Shown here: positions 26,758 to 40,255 of the stretch, one piece after another | Layout of the letters: the number at the start of each line of letters is the position of its first letter | How positions within the stretch are numbered: the first letter of the stretch is position 1 | Assembly (NCBI GenBank): GCA_001643675.2 | Contig: LSRY02000052.1 | Coordinates: 434,001-498,000 of the forward strand | Length of the DNA stretch: 64,000 bases | Direction: 5' to 3' | From: Monocercomonoides exilis PA203 | Taxonomy: Eukaryota; Protista; Preaxostyla | Program-made: the position numbers and the translations under genes | The notes under the pieces: generated by a model | The model's database searches: none | What the model was told of the DNA's origin: nothing | What the model saw: the letters and a program-made list of their open reading frames with translations, nothing else

Positions 26758-26809
26758 TGATCTCGACAAACCGACTGATCTCAACAGACAGACTGATCTA
26801 GACATGATC
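26758..26809. repeat. 18-bp direct repeats TGATCTCGACAAACCGAC / TGATCTCAACAGACAGAC / TGATCTAGACA next to the transposase start, mirrored at 27125-27176
   Basis: Directly visible. These may be subterminal transposase-binding repeats or a promoter element. Confidence 0.6.
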
Positions 26810-27184
26810 AAGTCGAAAAGATCTGTCGATTTGACAATAAAAAGATATTTTTGCATTTTCATGATTTATTATTCATTATATTAATTCTCAAAATAAATAG
26901 TGAAAAAAAAATAATAGAAATTATATGTTATCCAATTTTTTAAATTTTCCAAATTGTTAAGTTTCAAAAGTGTTTTGAATTTCATTGTCTGTCAAATTGT
27001 CGAATCAATTTGACGGAGTCTGTATGTCGCAAAGGCTTAATTTTATGAATGACTAAGATGAATAATAAATCATGAAAATGCAAAAATATCTTTTTATTGT
27101 CAAATCGACAGATCTTTTCGACTTGATCATGTCTAGATCAGTCTGTCTGTTGAGATCAGTCGGTTTGTCGAGATCATTTGAAAA

Positions 27185-30165
27185 ATGAGTGAAATGACTA
27201 AAAATAACTTTATCAAAGAATTGTCGATTGAATTACAAAGATGCATGTCAGCGAAAAATATTGTTTGGCAATCTCATTTTACCCCAGCATGTATAATTAT
27301 TTATTTTTTAATATGATTCATCTTTGCAGCTTGAAGCGTTTGAAAGAAAAGTTGAGGAATTAAAGAACTATGAATGCACTTTCGTGGAATTAACAAGAAC
27401 AAAATCATCCAATGGCGGAAATTGTATGTTTCTTATAAAATATCACTCAGATTAATTTGCATTTTTCTGCTTAAAATCTAGTCTACAAGCACCCAAAAAA
27501 TACTGGAGAAGAAATTGGTAAAATTCACTTTGAAACATGCGATGGAAAGCTTTGGTTGGCATATACTCCTGTCAAGACAGATGGATCTCTTAAAAAGATG
27601 GACATATTTATTTCTTGTGTCCAAACAGCAAACAAGGAATCAATTGTGCCATCTCCGGACGAAAAGGATGCGATAAAGTTGTGAATCATCGATGCGCATT
27701 GACAACTGCATCAACAATTTTACCATATTTCAAGTTTCATCCATCTTCAAGATTGTCTGAAGCGTCAGCAAAGAAAATTGTTCCAACTCATTTTCAATTT
27801 GATTCGTTGGTTGAGCAATATTTACATTTAATTGGTCATTGCAACATTGCTTTTCTTTCTGCTTACTCCAATGAATTCAATAAATTTATATCTTCATTAA
27901 TAATTGTATCTCAACATAATCCATCTCTTTCACCTACGACCATATTTCCAACTCTCACATATAGAAAGCTGACAGCACTTATTCAAGAAGAAGGAAAGAA
28001 AAGAATTTCTGAACGAAATGCAAAAATATTCAATTCAATGGTTGCCGTAATGATGGACGGAGGGATAGTTGCTGGAAAAAAATACACTGTCATCACAATT
28101 GTTCCGTTGCAGACAAAGGCATCTCCATTTTTCTGGAAAATTGAAAAGGCATGTTTCACAACCACTGATTATTTCTATCTGGCTAATGATATTATTGGAG
28201 AAGTTTCGAATTTGAAAGGAGAAGTGCGCTGTTTTTGCACGGACGGCTTGCTTCCACAAAAACTCGCAATTCAAAGCTTTGCAGATCATTCGAAGTTGTG
28301 CTCAGTCGAAGAAACACCGAAGAAAATTTCACCGATATTTGTTTACTGTTGTAACCACTTAATCAATTTAATTGTCACACGCCTTTTAAGGATTATTCAT
28401 TTTCGTTCAATTAAAGGAAGAAATTACATCATTTTCAAAGTTTACAAGAAAATCATCAACAAAGAACCCGTTTTTACCGAAATGCCCCTCTTTCATAGAA
28501 ACAAGGTGGCTTTGTCTTTTCGAAATATGTTGTTTCATAACAAAAAATTTTCACAATACGTCATTTACAGATTTTTTATCCAAAGAAAAAATTGATGATG
28601 TGATCCGATGTGAATTATTACTTGCACCACTGAAACAACTGCAGTTGTTATTTGAAAACGATGAAACAAAACTTGGCGATGTGTTTCCCAATGTTCTGAA
28701 ATCCATTGCGCAATACATGTGGTTGCAAGATCTTGAGGAATTTTCTTCCCCCGATTGGCAATATGGAGTTTGCTTTATTGTAATCCAACTGTTCAATTCA
28801 TTTTTAGGGAAAGAACGAGGAGATCAAATCGCTTTGGCTCATTCCTTAACTCCAATTAGTATACTTGACTATAGAAACGGTTTGCTTTCAAAGTCTTATT
28901 CAACAGAACTTATGACATTGAAAGAAAAATACAGGCTATTCAAATGTTCATCTGCATTTTCAAAGGATTCAGATCAAACTCAAATTCAAAGGATGCGTTG
29001 CGACACATCTATTCAATCCACAAAAGATATTATGCCAAGTAACTCTGTCTTTCTTTGTCCTTCTAAAGAAATTCCAAATACTGTGTTCACAAAGAATCAA
29101 CAGAAAAAGTTACGAACACTTTCTCATGAAATGGAAGATAAGAACAGCGAAAATGGATTTTTTACAGACAAACAATATGCGCTTTCATTTTTTTCGAAGA
29201 GTGAAAAAACAAATTTTCCAACAAATTTTCCTCACCCAACATTCTCTTCTCCGTTATCGGTTGAGACTTTTTATTCTGCTCTCCAACTTATAAGCCCAGA
29301 AAAAGATAAAATAGCAGAAGCAATTACCGAAACACAAGTTCAACTTCAGCCGCTTCCAAAAGATTTGCACTCCATATCATCGACTTCACCAATCTATACA
29401 CCAAACAACAGTTTGCTGCATTTATTAACTCTTTTGACAGAAAATTCACTTATTGAAAAAGAAGCAATTTCAAATGAAGATGAAAACCTCTATGAAATTG
29501 ATTTCGACGAAGCAGGCATTATTCAAGCAGAAATCAATGCAGCTGATGATGAATTCGAGGTTCTTTCTCCTTTTTGTGTAGGATGTGAGCAAGAGTCATC
29601 ATTTTACGATACAAGAAAAAAACATACACAACTTGAAGATCATGACATGCAATCAAATTCAGCTGAAAAAAAGGAAGACAAATGCTCAGATAATGTTGAA
29701 AGCACTTCAGAAGATGACAAAGACGTTGAAGAACTTGGTGCAAATGAATTTCCAGTCATTGATAGAACAATGTCAGCAGAACAAATCAAGAAATCTCTAT
29801 TCAAAATCCAACAAACAATCAGTATGGATTGGTTTCTCAGATTAAAGTCAGCATTCAATGATTATCTTTCTAAAATTTCATGTCTGAAGGCTTCTTGCCA
29901 TATTGATAGCCTCAACGCTCTCTTTTCTTCAATTTTCCTGGACAACTCTCTGCATGTGGAACATCATAATTCTCAAGTTTTCTATTCTGAAATCAGCAAG
30001 CAAGGAATTATTCCCACAATTTTTGCCAATATTTGCTATTCTTTAACAATGTTTCCCTGCAGCGAAGCATCTTGCGAGAGAATTTTCTCTCGCTTAAGAC
30101 GAATTATTGGAGACAGAAGGTACTCACTTGCACCAGAAACACTTAATGCATTGCTTCTTTTATAA
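27185..30165 (+). mobile_element. hAT transposase-like gene, mirror copy with homopolymer frameshifts
   Basis: Same protein split into 326-aa and 521-aa ORFs by 1-nt deletions in runs near 27595, 28385 and 28400. Confidence 0.85.
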
Positions 30166-31091
30166 AGGAATCTTTTTGAAGATTAAATGATTTGAAAGGA
30201 AAAGCAATCTTTTAACTTTTCAGTGATGAGTTCTGAGAAATGTGTGAAACCTGATAATAATGCCTTCAAAATATTGCAGTTTTCTGAACAATGTTTGGTA
30301 TTGTTTATTTCCTAAATGTTTTTATATTGACTTTTTATATTTAACATCAATTTAAGCATAAAGCAATAAAGAAGAAGACAAATGAGTTTCAAAAACAAGG
30401 CATGCTTAATTTTTTTATTGAATCATCTGAAGACTGTGAATGAATACTTGAAAATATATTTATTTATTTATTTAAATAAAATAATCTTCTTAGCTTTCAG
30501 TTGCTATTCATCCAAATCGATGCGTTCAACAATGTTCGTGGAACTTTCGTTTCGAATTCGAACGTTTTTCATTCTTCTGAATGACGAGTGATTTTTAAAA
30601 CTGATAATAATTGCTGTTAACCATGTATTTTCTGAGATAATGTATTTTTTCATATCACCAAATCAAATCAATGTTTCTTTGCAACAAAGAACACTTTTGT
30701 TCATTCAGTTTGGTTTTTTCGTGTATTTATCTTCGCAATATGCTTTAATTGTTCATTAATGGATAAATATTTGTGCAATTATTGTTTTCAATGTGTGAGA
30801 AAAATTGAATAAAAATTAATGTCAGAAAGCAAAATTAAAAAAATTAGAACTTCTCCAAGTTCTAAAGAAAGATTGGAAAACATGTCTCTAACTCGATTAT
30901 TTCACCAAAAAAGAAAATTCACCAGGACATGTCATGTTAATATAAAAGGTGTGCTGTTATTGATACAAATTAATAATAAATAACAATAAAAATAATAAAG
31001 AAAGAAAATAAAAAACAATTTTTTGATAACTGTTGAAAATGATATAACTCTTTTGACATTGTTCGTTATTTTGAAATATCAGTTCCCTCTG

Positions 31092-32150
31092 TTATCTCGC
31101 AACCATCTCAAGAAACGGCTCATCAGTTACTATATTCTTTGGTTTTTCTCCGTATCGTATCTCCAGCTGCCTGTGTTTCACACCCCCAAACGGGATCGCC
31201 AGCGTCATGCACTCCAACAGCATCATCCCCATCGAAAACACAACCGACTTCTTTGTCGCATGCCTCTTCCTCCCATCCAGCAGCTCCAGCGTCCTCCACC
31301 GCAAATACTCCTTTTCCCCTTCTTCATCCTCAAACGCCGACGAAGGCAGCAGCGAGTCCGTGAACCTCTCGCTCATCACCGACACATTTGATGATGACGA
31401 GACAATGTTCAACGATGACACAGACGATGTGCCCGAATCCTCTGACGAAGAACTCCCAGTTTGCATCACAATACAAATCACCACGTGCTCAGAGAACAAC
31501 ACAATGTGAGGACTCAAATTGTCCAATGATTGGAGTGGATTTTCCATTTCGTCAAATGAATGAAGAGCTCCATTGGTTACCCAGAACAGGATTTGGGAAG
31601 CAGTTATCATTCTTTCTTCCAGCGTTCCTATCGTCATCTCCTTTGTATTATTCCTCCCATGAAGCAGCATGAACAGTGAATCTTTCAGATTCACAATCAA
31701 TTTTTTATGATGCGAAGAACAAGCTATTGAATCAACTAAGTTAGACATGGAAGAAGAAGTTGGACACAGATCCTCCCCAAGAACAAATGTTGCATCTGTG
31801 TCTGTTGTTGAAGTGGATGAGATAGAAGGTGAGGGAGTTCGTTTCCTTGTCTCTTCCTCCTCTTCCTTTTCTAAAGCCCAATCAGGAATCTTATCTGAAT
31901 CTTTCCCCAGAATGTATTCTGTCGATCCGCTCTCACTCAACGAATGTTTTTATGTCTCTGAATGAATAACATTTTTCTCACATATTCTCCGCGATCTATT
32001 CATTTTTTTTCCTTTCTACATTGTTCTCCTTTCTCTTTTGAAACTTTTCCAGCATCATCTCCATCGATACAAGCTCATCCAGCTTTGGACCTACTCTTTT
32101 GATCCAAAACTCATTTATTTTCTAACCCGATATTCATACAAAGGCATTTT
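31092..32150 (-). pseudogene. Kinase-like relic, mirror copy
   Basis: The 282-aa ORF is identical to 21989-22837. Confidence 0.65.
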
Positions 32151-33201
32151 TTCAACAAACAGTTAACAAATAAATATTTAAAAGTAGATAAGACATAGTC
32201 AATATAATATTCTTTTTAAACACTTTCCCAAATCAACATATATATCTTCTTGTTTAAATTTTTCATGAACAAGCTTGATCGAAATTTCTGTCGTTTACAA
32301 AGAACGAAAAATTTACAATCAATTGACTTTTCAAACCAGTTTATTAATAATACTTATTCTGGAATATCAGAAATTTGAAAAAGGAGTCAGCAACTGAAAG
32401 CTACACTGATTTTTTGAAAAATTTTTCTATTGTTTGTAAAAAAATATAATAACAAGAATTAAGTTAGACTAAATCCATGTAATAATTAAAAAAATAATTA
32501 ACAATAAAGAATATATCTGGAAATAACGAAACAATTCTAAGAAAATCAGAAACAAAACTTAAAAGTGCGATCTTTTTCGTGAAAAACTTTCGAGATTTTT
32601 TATCTTAAAGTTTGAAGATTCATTAAATCAAAGCAACCAATTTCAAAATTAATTTGATTGCGTTTGTTCTGTTTAACTGATGATAATTACAATTATGCAT
32701 AACAATAGAGATAAAATAAAAAGAATATCTTATTTGAAAAATTTAACGATAATATAAAGACAAAGACGATTTATGATCAAGATTACAGATTAACAAAGTA
32801 CATACAGTTTGTACACCGAAAAACAGAGTGCAAACAAAGCCTGACAGAGTTATTCCAGGAAAAACATTTTGATCTATCCCTCAATTCAATTTGACATCAG
32901 AACAATCAAAATAATGGTGAAAAAAATATTAAACTATTTTTTTGAATATAAAGAATTAATAATTTTCAATTATTTATTTCTGAAAAAAAGTTTTTAATCA
33001 AAAAACAATCTATTCTTATTAATTAGAAGTTTGTCGACATTCCTTTGCAAATTCGACCGACTCAATTCACAAAAAATTTAATTGTCGCAAAGGATTTCTT
33101 AAACTCTCAAGTTTTTTCTTTTCTTTTCTTTCTTTTTTCTTTTCTTTTCTTTTCTTTTCTTTTTTTTTTCTTTTTCTTTTCTTTTCTTTTCTTTTCTTTT
33201 C

Positions 33202-33260
<59 letters not shown>

Positions 33261-34372
33261 GACTTTGAAGCTCATTTTGTTGGAATTTTGTCATATTTCC
33301 AATTAAAAACTAAAAGATCAAAATTGTTTTAAAAATTGAATTATTTATTCTTTAAAAAACAACACCAAATGTACCATTTAGCAATTTTGAAAGATAAAAT
33401 ATAATTTTTAAGTACATTTTCAAGATGGATTTCAGCGTTAATTTGAATAAATAATCTTCATTAGATATTTTACGGAGAGTGTGATTCTTTTCTGAATAAT
33501 GAACTTATTACTAATAAGTCGCAGTTATTACGGATAAGAAGCATTTGTTACGAGAATAACTCATGATATCTGTCAAAGAGCATTTCTTTTAATGGAAACC
33601 ATTGTCGCATTGAGAAATAATAATGTTTCTGGAGATTTTTTGATTTTCAAAAAAACAACAAAAAAACATTCACACATTTGCAAAAAACAATGGAAAATAT
33701 TTCAAATATTCGACCAATTTTTCTTTTGATAAACGAAAATTATGTCATTTTTTCATCGAGAATGAATGTTCACAACATGATAAACAAATGAAATCAATCA
33801 AATATAGAAATTCATTCGCTGACTGATGGATTTGAAAGTTTTTTTCATTAACCCACAACAATTTCATTTAAATGAATACCAAAAAAGACAGGGTTATTAC
33901 GAGAAAGACAGACTTGTTACGGGTTTTTCATGGTTTATCAGTAAAAAAACTATATTTATCGAAAGAATGAGTAATTACAGGAACAACATAGATGTTTCGT
34001 CTAAAAAGTTGAACTATTTGAAAAAACTTGTTTGTATCCAGAATTTATAATTTTTTACGAAACAATTCATAGTTATGGTAAAATATCTATTTAAAATATA
34101 CCAACTTCATTTAAAATAAACTAACTTTATTTGAATTAAATGGATTTATTTGAATTGAACAAGTCTATTCAAATTTCATCTATTATAATTCGAACATAAG
34201 TCAAACAAATACAAATAACCAACAATAATTTTCACTCAAAACAACTAAAGTCAAACAAAGCTTTCATATCAATAAAACGCAAAAAATATAAAATAATGCA
34301 TTATTATTTACTACCTTCTATTTTAATAAGCAATCTTACCTCTTAATGACTAAAAAAATCTTTTTTCCCCTT

Positions 34373-36837
34373 TCAGGTTGGCTTTTCTTCGCAGTTTCGA
34401 TTTTCTTTGCTTTTCTTTTCTAAAAATATTGCTTCAAGCTGTTTTTTTGAGTACTTACCTTTGAACCTTCCTTTCAGATAAAACCACCTTTTCCACTCCT
34501 TTTTAACGTTCTCCGGAGGCTCATCAAAGCTCCACAAAAATCTCATCTGTGGAGGAGTTTGAGACAGCAGCCGAGCACGCATGATCAATTTTCCTTTATC
34601 GTGCAACCCACGAAGTTCGGCCTTGAGGAGATTAGCCCGAACTTTGCTTTTGAAAAAGGCAAATGAAATAAATGATGTGGTAATGCAATGATTTTCTATT
34701 GAAACATCACTTGACAGGTGTTTGACACTCGCTTTCGAATCGTTTATATTATCATCAGAGCAAGTATTCGACATTGCAGAAAATACTTCAGAAGCTCCTT
34801 CCTTTTGGACGGGAAATGGTGGATTTTCAATACAGCAAGGGTTGAATGAATTCCGGCAGAAAATATCATCACCAGAGCATTTGAGGCGAGGCAGCGATGA
34901 CAAAACAAAGGATTTGAATGACGGATCATTTGCTGAGTTAAAATATGGAGATGGCCCAAATGCTGCACGAGGAGAAGCAATGGTCAAATTTGATGAATAT
35001 TTCTGATTGATTAAATGCTGATTTCTGAAGGAGCACAAGCGAGGTCCAAGCAAGTTCGCAAACGGTGGAGCAGGCTCTGGAGCAAAGGGAATAAAGGGAG
35101 CAGGGGAGCAAGATGATGAATTCAGGACAGCTTGAGCAATTACAGCCGCATCCTGCCAGTGCCCAGATGGCAACGCTGGGGATATTCTGCACAGATCACT
35201 TGAGCTCGCAGTCGCATTGCCCTTTTCACATGGTGTTGAATCTTCCGTGGGCAAAGAAAGAACATGACACTCTCGAAGTGAAGAACGGCAATCACTGTCC
35301 TTTGTGCAGTCGATTCTACTCTTCTTTTCATAGTCCTTTCGCAGACTCAGCTCATACCGTTCCATATCGCTCATTGCTTCTTTCCACTCCTTCTCTTTCT
35401 GCTTTGCTTCTTCTCTTTCAATCCGCAGCCGAAGCATCCCCTCTTTTTCTTTTTCTTTTTCTGATTCTTCTTCCATTTTACCTGTTTCGCCTTCTTTCGT
35501 TTTGGTCTTCAGCTCTTCGATTGTTGCGCAAATGGCATCTCCTTCTTCCCCCTTCCAACATCCCTTTCTCTCTTTTTCTCTCACCCTTCTTTCAGCTTCC
35601 TCCCACAGCCGCACTTCTTCTTCTTCTTCTCCACCCCAGTTTTTTCTAACCCAAACACCAAACACTTTGTAGTACTCTCTCGCCTCTTTGATTTCCCTTT
35701 TGATCACCTTCAATCTCCCCCGATTCCCATTCACCATATCTTTCTCTCCCTCCAACTTTTCTTTTCCTTTCTCCTGTTCTTTGCTGCTGCTTTCCCCCTC
35801 TGCCAAAACACCTCCATCCTCCCTCGTTCTGCTCTCCAGCTCATAGCGCCGCCACCGCCCAACCATCTCCTCCTTCTTTTCCTCTGCTATTTCCGTTCTC
35901 TTTTCTCCTCTCACTGTAAAGTCCACATCTGCGCATCTCTCCCTCTGCATCACATCCACTGGCTGCCAGTCGACAAAATTCTGCGCCAGATGCTCCTCCA
36001 ATGAAGAGTCCGAAAGAGACGACCACGACCCAACAGAATCCAACCCAGGCGACTGCTTCGTGCTGCGGCTGTTGTGCTCGTCAGGGCCAGAACGAGACTC
36101 CATTCTGTTGTTGTTTCCTTGAGAAATCACATTTTCATCTCGGATTTCGCTTTCTTTCTTTTCCTCCCGCCAAGCAAGCTCCTTTGCACACTCCTGAACA
36201 TACCCTTGAACCGTCCCCACAAAAAAGCGTTCGTGAAATTCTGCGCTCTTGCCCTTCGAAGGTGACTCAAAACACCTGCTTTCCTTTTTCCAGATCCTCT
36301 TCCCAGTCGATTGGCAAGAAATCTCGTTCCATGCTTCGACACCAGCTCCAGGCGCGGCTATATTTGTCAGTGGAGGAGACCCAACAATAGGCTCAAACTC
36401 CAGCAACTTCTTCGCATTCGGCTGCAAATCCTTCAAATCCTTCAAATCCTTTTTTCCTTCAAAGTTATCCTGCCATAAAGCTTCGCATCCCCAGCCTTCT
36501 CCATCGTCATCCTTGGTGCTCGTCCGGCCACACGAAAGAAGTTGACTGCTGCCAACGAAGCACGACTTCGGATAACCTTGAGAAACGGTTTTTCATAGCA
36601 ATGATTCTGAGACGCATCACAGCAGCTTTCGTCCTCGGTTCGGGCTGTCTGGCCGAATCGAATCAAGCAAGGCAAAAAGGGTTTGCTGCACGGCTCTTGG
36701 GTGTGTGGGGCGCTTATTCCAAATGGATGAGACGATGAAGAAGAACACGAAGACTGCAGCACGCTTGAAGCAGCATTTTCAGAAGAAAACGGCCACAAGC
36801 GATAGTGCGACGCCTCCGAAGAATAAATTAGACTCAT
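34373..36837 (-). CDS. Hypothetical family protein, mirror copy, with a frameshift in an A-run near 36590
   Basis: A 690-aa ORF plus a 150-aa ORF. The lesion is at a different site from the left copy, so the consensus of the two is intact. Confidence 0.65.
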
Positions 36838-37065
36838 ATCGAAAACAATACGCAAATACAAGGAAACTTCGCGCAAAAGCAAAGAAGCATGCAAAATCAG
36901 AAAATATTTCTAATATTATGGCTGCCTTTCATTCAATCTCCTGTTTCGCTTGTTTTGTGTGCAGAGGAAGCACCCTGCCCGCGGGCCATTCTGTTCTTGC
37001 AAACCTGGCCAGAAAAAAATTAATGAAATATAATCAAATGATGGGAATTGATCGAATAACAATTC

Positions 37066-39163
37066 ATGTCAACTGCGGATTCAAAGGTTGAAATCGAGGA
37101 AGAAAAAACGAAAAAGCAAGGGACGTTCGAGGAATTGCCGCCAGAGTATTTGAAGAGGCTTGCAGAAGGGCTGAAGAAATATGAAGAAGAGATTATATCG
37201 ACAGGAGGAAAAGTCACTACAAGCGGGAGGAAGAAGAAGGAAAAGGAAATCCGACGCAATCTGACAAAGGAATTGAAGGCAGCCAAGCGCGAAGAAGCGA
37301 AAGCGTCGTCTTCAGAGACTCCATCAGACGCAGCGTCGTCATCTTCGACTCCTTCGAGTTCAATCCAAATCACCAACAGCGATCCAACAGCTCCCGAAGT
37401 CAAGGTTGGAGACGTTCCAGAGCATCTCGGGGAACGGATACATTCGTTCGGGTGGGTTTCATCAATCCGGATGCACGGGAAAAACCTTGTTTTTATTGCG
37501 TTGAGAAATCTGGGGAAGCAAGTTCAGTGTGTTGCGCACGGGGCGCTTGCAAAGTCAGATGTTATTGTAAACTTGACGAGAGAAAGCACCATCGATGCGT
37601 GGGGCACAGTGCAGAAAGGAACAACAGAAATATCGCCATTTGAGATTTTGTTGGATTATGTTGAAGTGATTGGGCCATGCCCAGCAGAATTTGAGCAGCT
37701 GTTGAACCCTGACAGTGGGGTTGAGCAAAGAATGAATTATCGCCATCTGCAGCACAGAGGAGACATTCTTACGAGAACAATGAGAGTTCGGTCGAGGCTT
37801 TTGTTTGAATATCGAAAGTATCTTTATTCCAAAAACTTTGAGGAGGTTACGCCGCCAACGATTGTGAAGAATGCTTGCGAGGGCGGATCTGAAATGTTTG
37901 CTATTAAGTATTACGACCAAACAGCGTTTCTGACGGAATCGTCGCAACTGTATTTGGAAACTGTGATACAATCATTAGGAAATGTGTTCTGCATTCTGCC
38001 GAGCTATAGGTTTGGATGATTAATCGATTTATTAGTGAGTTTTTATTTTTTATTTTAATTATTTATTTTTTATTTTAATTATTTATTTTTTATTTTTTAA
38101 AAAAACAAAACAAACCAAATTGTAATGTTTTTACGCAATTTATTCACCGAACTATTGTTTCATTCATTCATTCATTATAACTTTCTTGTCGCTTGATTTT
38201 GTGGAAATTGCAGAGCAGAAAAGAGCACAACCAGGCGGCATTTGGCAGAGTTCACTCATCTTGAGGCAGAAATGCCGTTTATGGAGTTTGATGCGTTTCT
38301 TGGCTTCATAGAAGACTTCATATGCACTGTCATCGACAAGATGATAGAGGTGTGCAAGGACGATCTGAGCGTGCTCAACAAGGACTTTAAGCCCCTGCAG
38401 CGACCGTTTAAGCGAATGACATATATGGAAGCCATCCAGTATGAAACACGTGAGGATGAGACTTTCGTGGGTGGATGTGTTTTGATAGAGCAGGCTATAT
38501 TTTATTTGCTTATTTATTTATTTATTTATTACATGTTTTATTTCTTCTTCTTCTTTTTTTAATGCAGATGGCTGAAGGATCACGATGTGAAGAAAGAAGA
38601 TGGAACATATTATGAATATCCCGACGACATTCCAGAGAAGCCAGAGCGGTTTCTTGTGGACACCATCAACGTGCCGGTTATGCTGATGCGATTCCCAGCG
38701 TGCCAAAAAGCATTTTACATGAAGGTGTGGTGAATACTTTCTTCTTCTTCTTTTTTTTTTTTGAGAGTTTCGCGATTATGAATATTGTGTTTAAAACGTG
38801 TTTTTGTGTTTATTGCATTGTTTTGATTTTGGTGTGGCTGGGGGGCTGATGGGAATTATTGATCAGAAATGCAAAGACGACCCGCTGTTTACAGAAAGTG
38901 TGGATGTTCTTGTGCCGACGGTTGGAGAAATTATTGGGGGAAGCAGCAGGATTTCAGACTACGACGAGCTGTGCAAAGTGCTGGAAGAGAGGAAGATGGA
39001 TCCGAAGCCATTTAACTGGTATCTGGACCTGAGGAAGTATGGGACAGCGCCACACAGCGGATTTGGACTTGGGGTGGAGCGAATTCTGTGCTGGCTGACG
39101 AACACGTACCACATCCGAGACGCGTGCATGTATCCGCGGTATATGGGAAGAGTCACTCCATAG
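37066..39163 (+). CDS. NARS1: Asparaginyl-tRNA synthetase, cytosolic type, 4 exons (copy 2)
   Basis: Mirror of 14748-16845. Introns at 38010-38213, 38439-38567 and ~38725-38866. Stop TAG at 39163. Confidence 0.93.
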
Positions 39164-40255
39164 AATGGGGTGGGAATGGGTGGCTGCCTCGGAAGCGAGC
39201 ACTTGACGAATAGATAGCTGAATATTTATTCGAACATTCAAATAAATATTTATTTATTTATTGATTTGCATAAATTTTTAATTTCATTTTTTATTTTATT
39301 TTATTTTTTATTTTATTTTGATTCTGGAGTTTATCCTCCACGTCATTTCAAATTTGCTTTAATTTTTTTTTTGGCGATCACTTTGGCTGTGAGTCAAAAA
39401 ATTGTTTGCAATATTTAATTCTTTTCTTTTTCTTTTTCTTTTTCTGAAAGACAGCTTGAAGAATGTGTCGTTTTAAAAATGCCATTTGATTTCAAAATCA
39501 AGAGCAATCGAAGAATCCTTTTTGAAGTTGACACAGATTCATTCTCAAAACATTCAAAACATCGTGTTTGTTGGATGTTCTGGTGTTAGCAGCATTTCGA
39601 GTGCTCTCCGACTTTGCAAACCAACCAGTCAAATCACACTTCGTTGAATGTCAAAGTCCCCAAAAAAAGTGTTTCAAATTTCTGGGGATAAAATATGTTC
39701 AAATGAATATGAATGCAAGACATTCGAATTCAAAAGTTTCAAAATGAAATTATAAATTTCAAAATTCCTCTTTCTGAAAAACATAAAACATAAGATATCT
39801 TCGATTTTCAAAAACTGAGGAGAAAATTTTTCATTTCTATCATTTTCAAATAAATGAAATATCATTATTAATAAATTTCAAAATGAAACATATGAAGCAT
39901 ATTTTGATAACGTTGTGACATGTTAAAGGAAAAATTGGGAATAAATTCAAAAGAGAAAACAAACAAGTGCGAAAAGTTCAATGGATGTAATTTCCATAAT
40001 AATAATTTTTGTTGTTTTTGCTGTTATTTATTTTGCAATGATATTGAAAGGATGAGCTTTAATACGGGAAATTTTAAGGTTCATAATTTATTTGTTTTTT
40101 ATTTTCATTTTTTATAATTTATTATTTCACGGTAACAAAAATTTTCTGTGATTTATATTTTGTGAAACACAACAAATCTGACAAAATTTTAAAAGAAATT
40201 ATATGCTGCAAACGAAACTTCTAATTTTCCTCTTGAATCATCAAGATTTCTGTCT

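Larger units (their letters stand above)
14129..39782. repeat. Giant inverted duplication (palindrome): left arm 14129-26876, spacer 26877-27057, right arm 27058-39782
   Basis: ORFs recur mirrored on the opposite strand, e.g. 15892-16845(-)/37066-38019(+) and 21989-22837(+)/31092-31940(-). Arm ends were traced base by base. The differences I found are mostly homopolymer-length changes plus a few substitutions. Confidence 0.97.

Noticed and set aside
26758-26809. CRISPR-like array
   Set aside because: Only ~3 degenerate tandem units with no spacers, in a eukaryotic context without cas genes.
20836-27035. CCTTTGCGACA (20836) and its reverse complement in the spacer (27025-27035) as candidate hAT TIRs enclosing the kinase relic and transposase
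   Set aside because: Only 11 bp, with no 8-bp TSD and no typical hAT terminus. A match of this length between the spacer and a 12.7-kb arm can arise by chance.
27185-30165. Programmed frameshifting or true pseudogenisation of the second transposase copy and of the family gene copies
   Set aside because: All lesions are single-base changes in homopolymer runs and differ between arms. Sequencing or polishing error is the simplest explanation.
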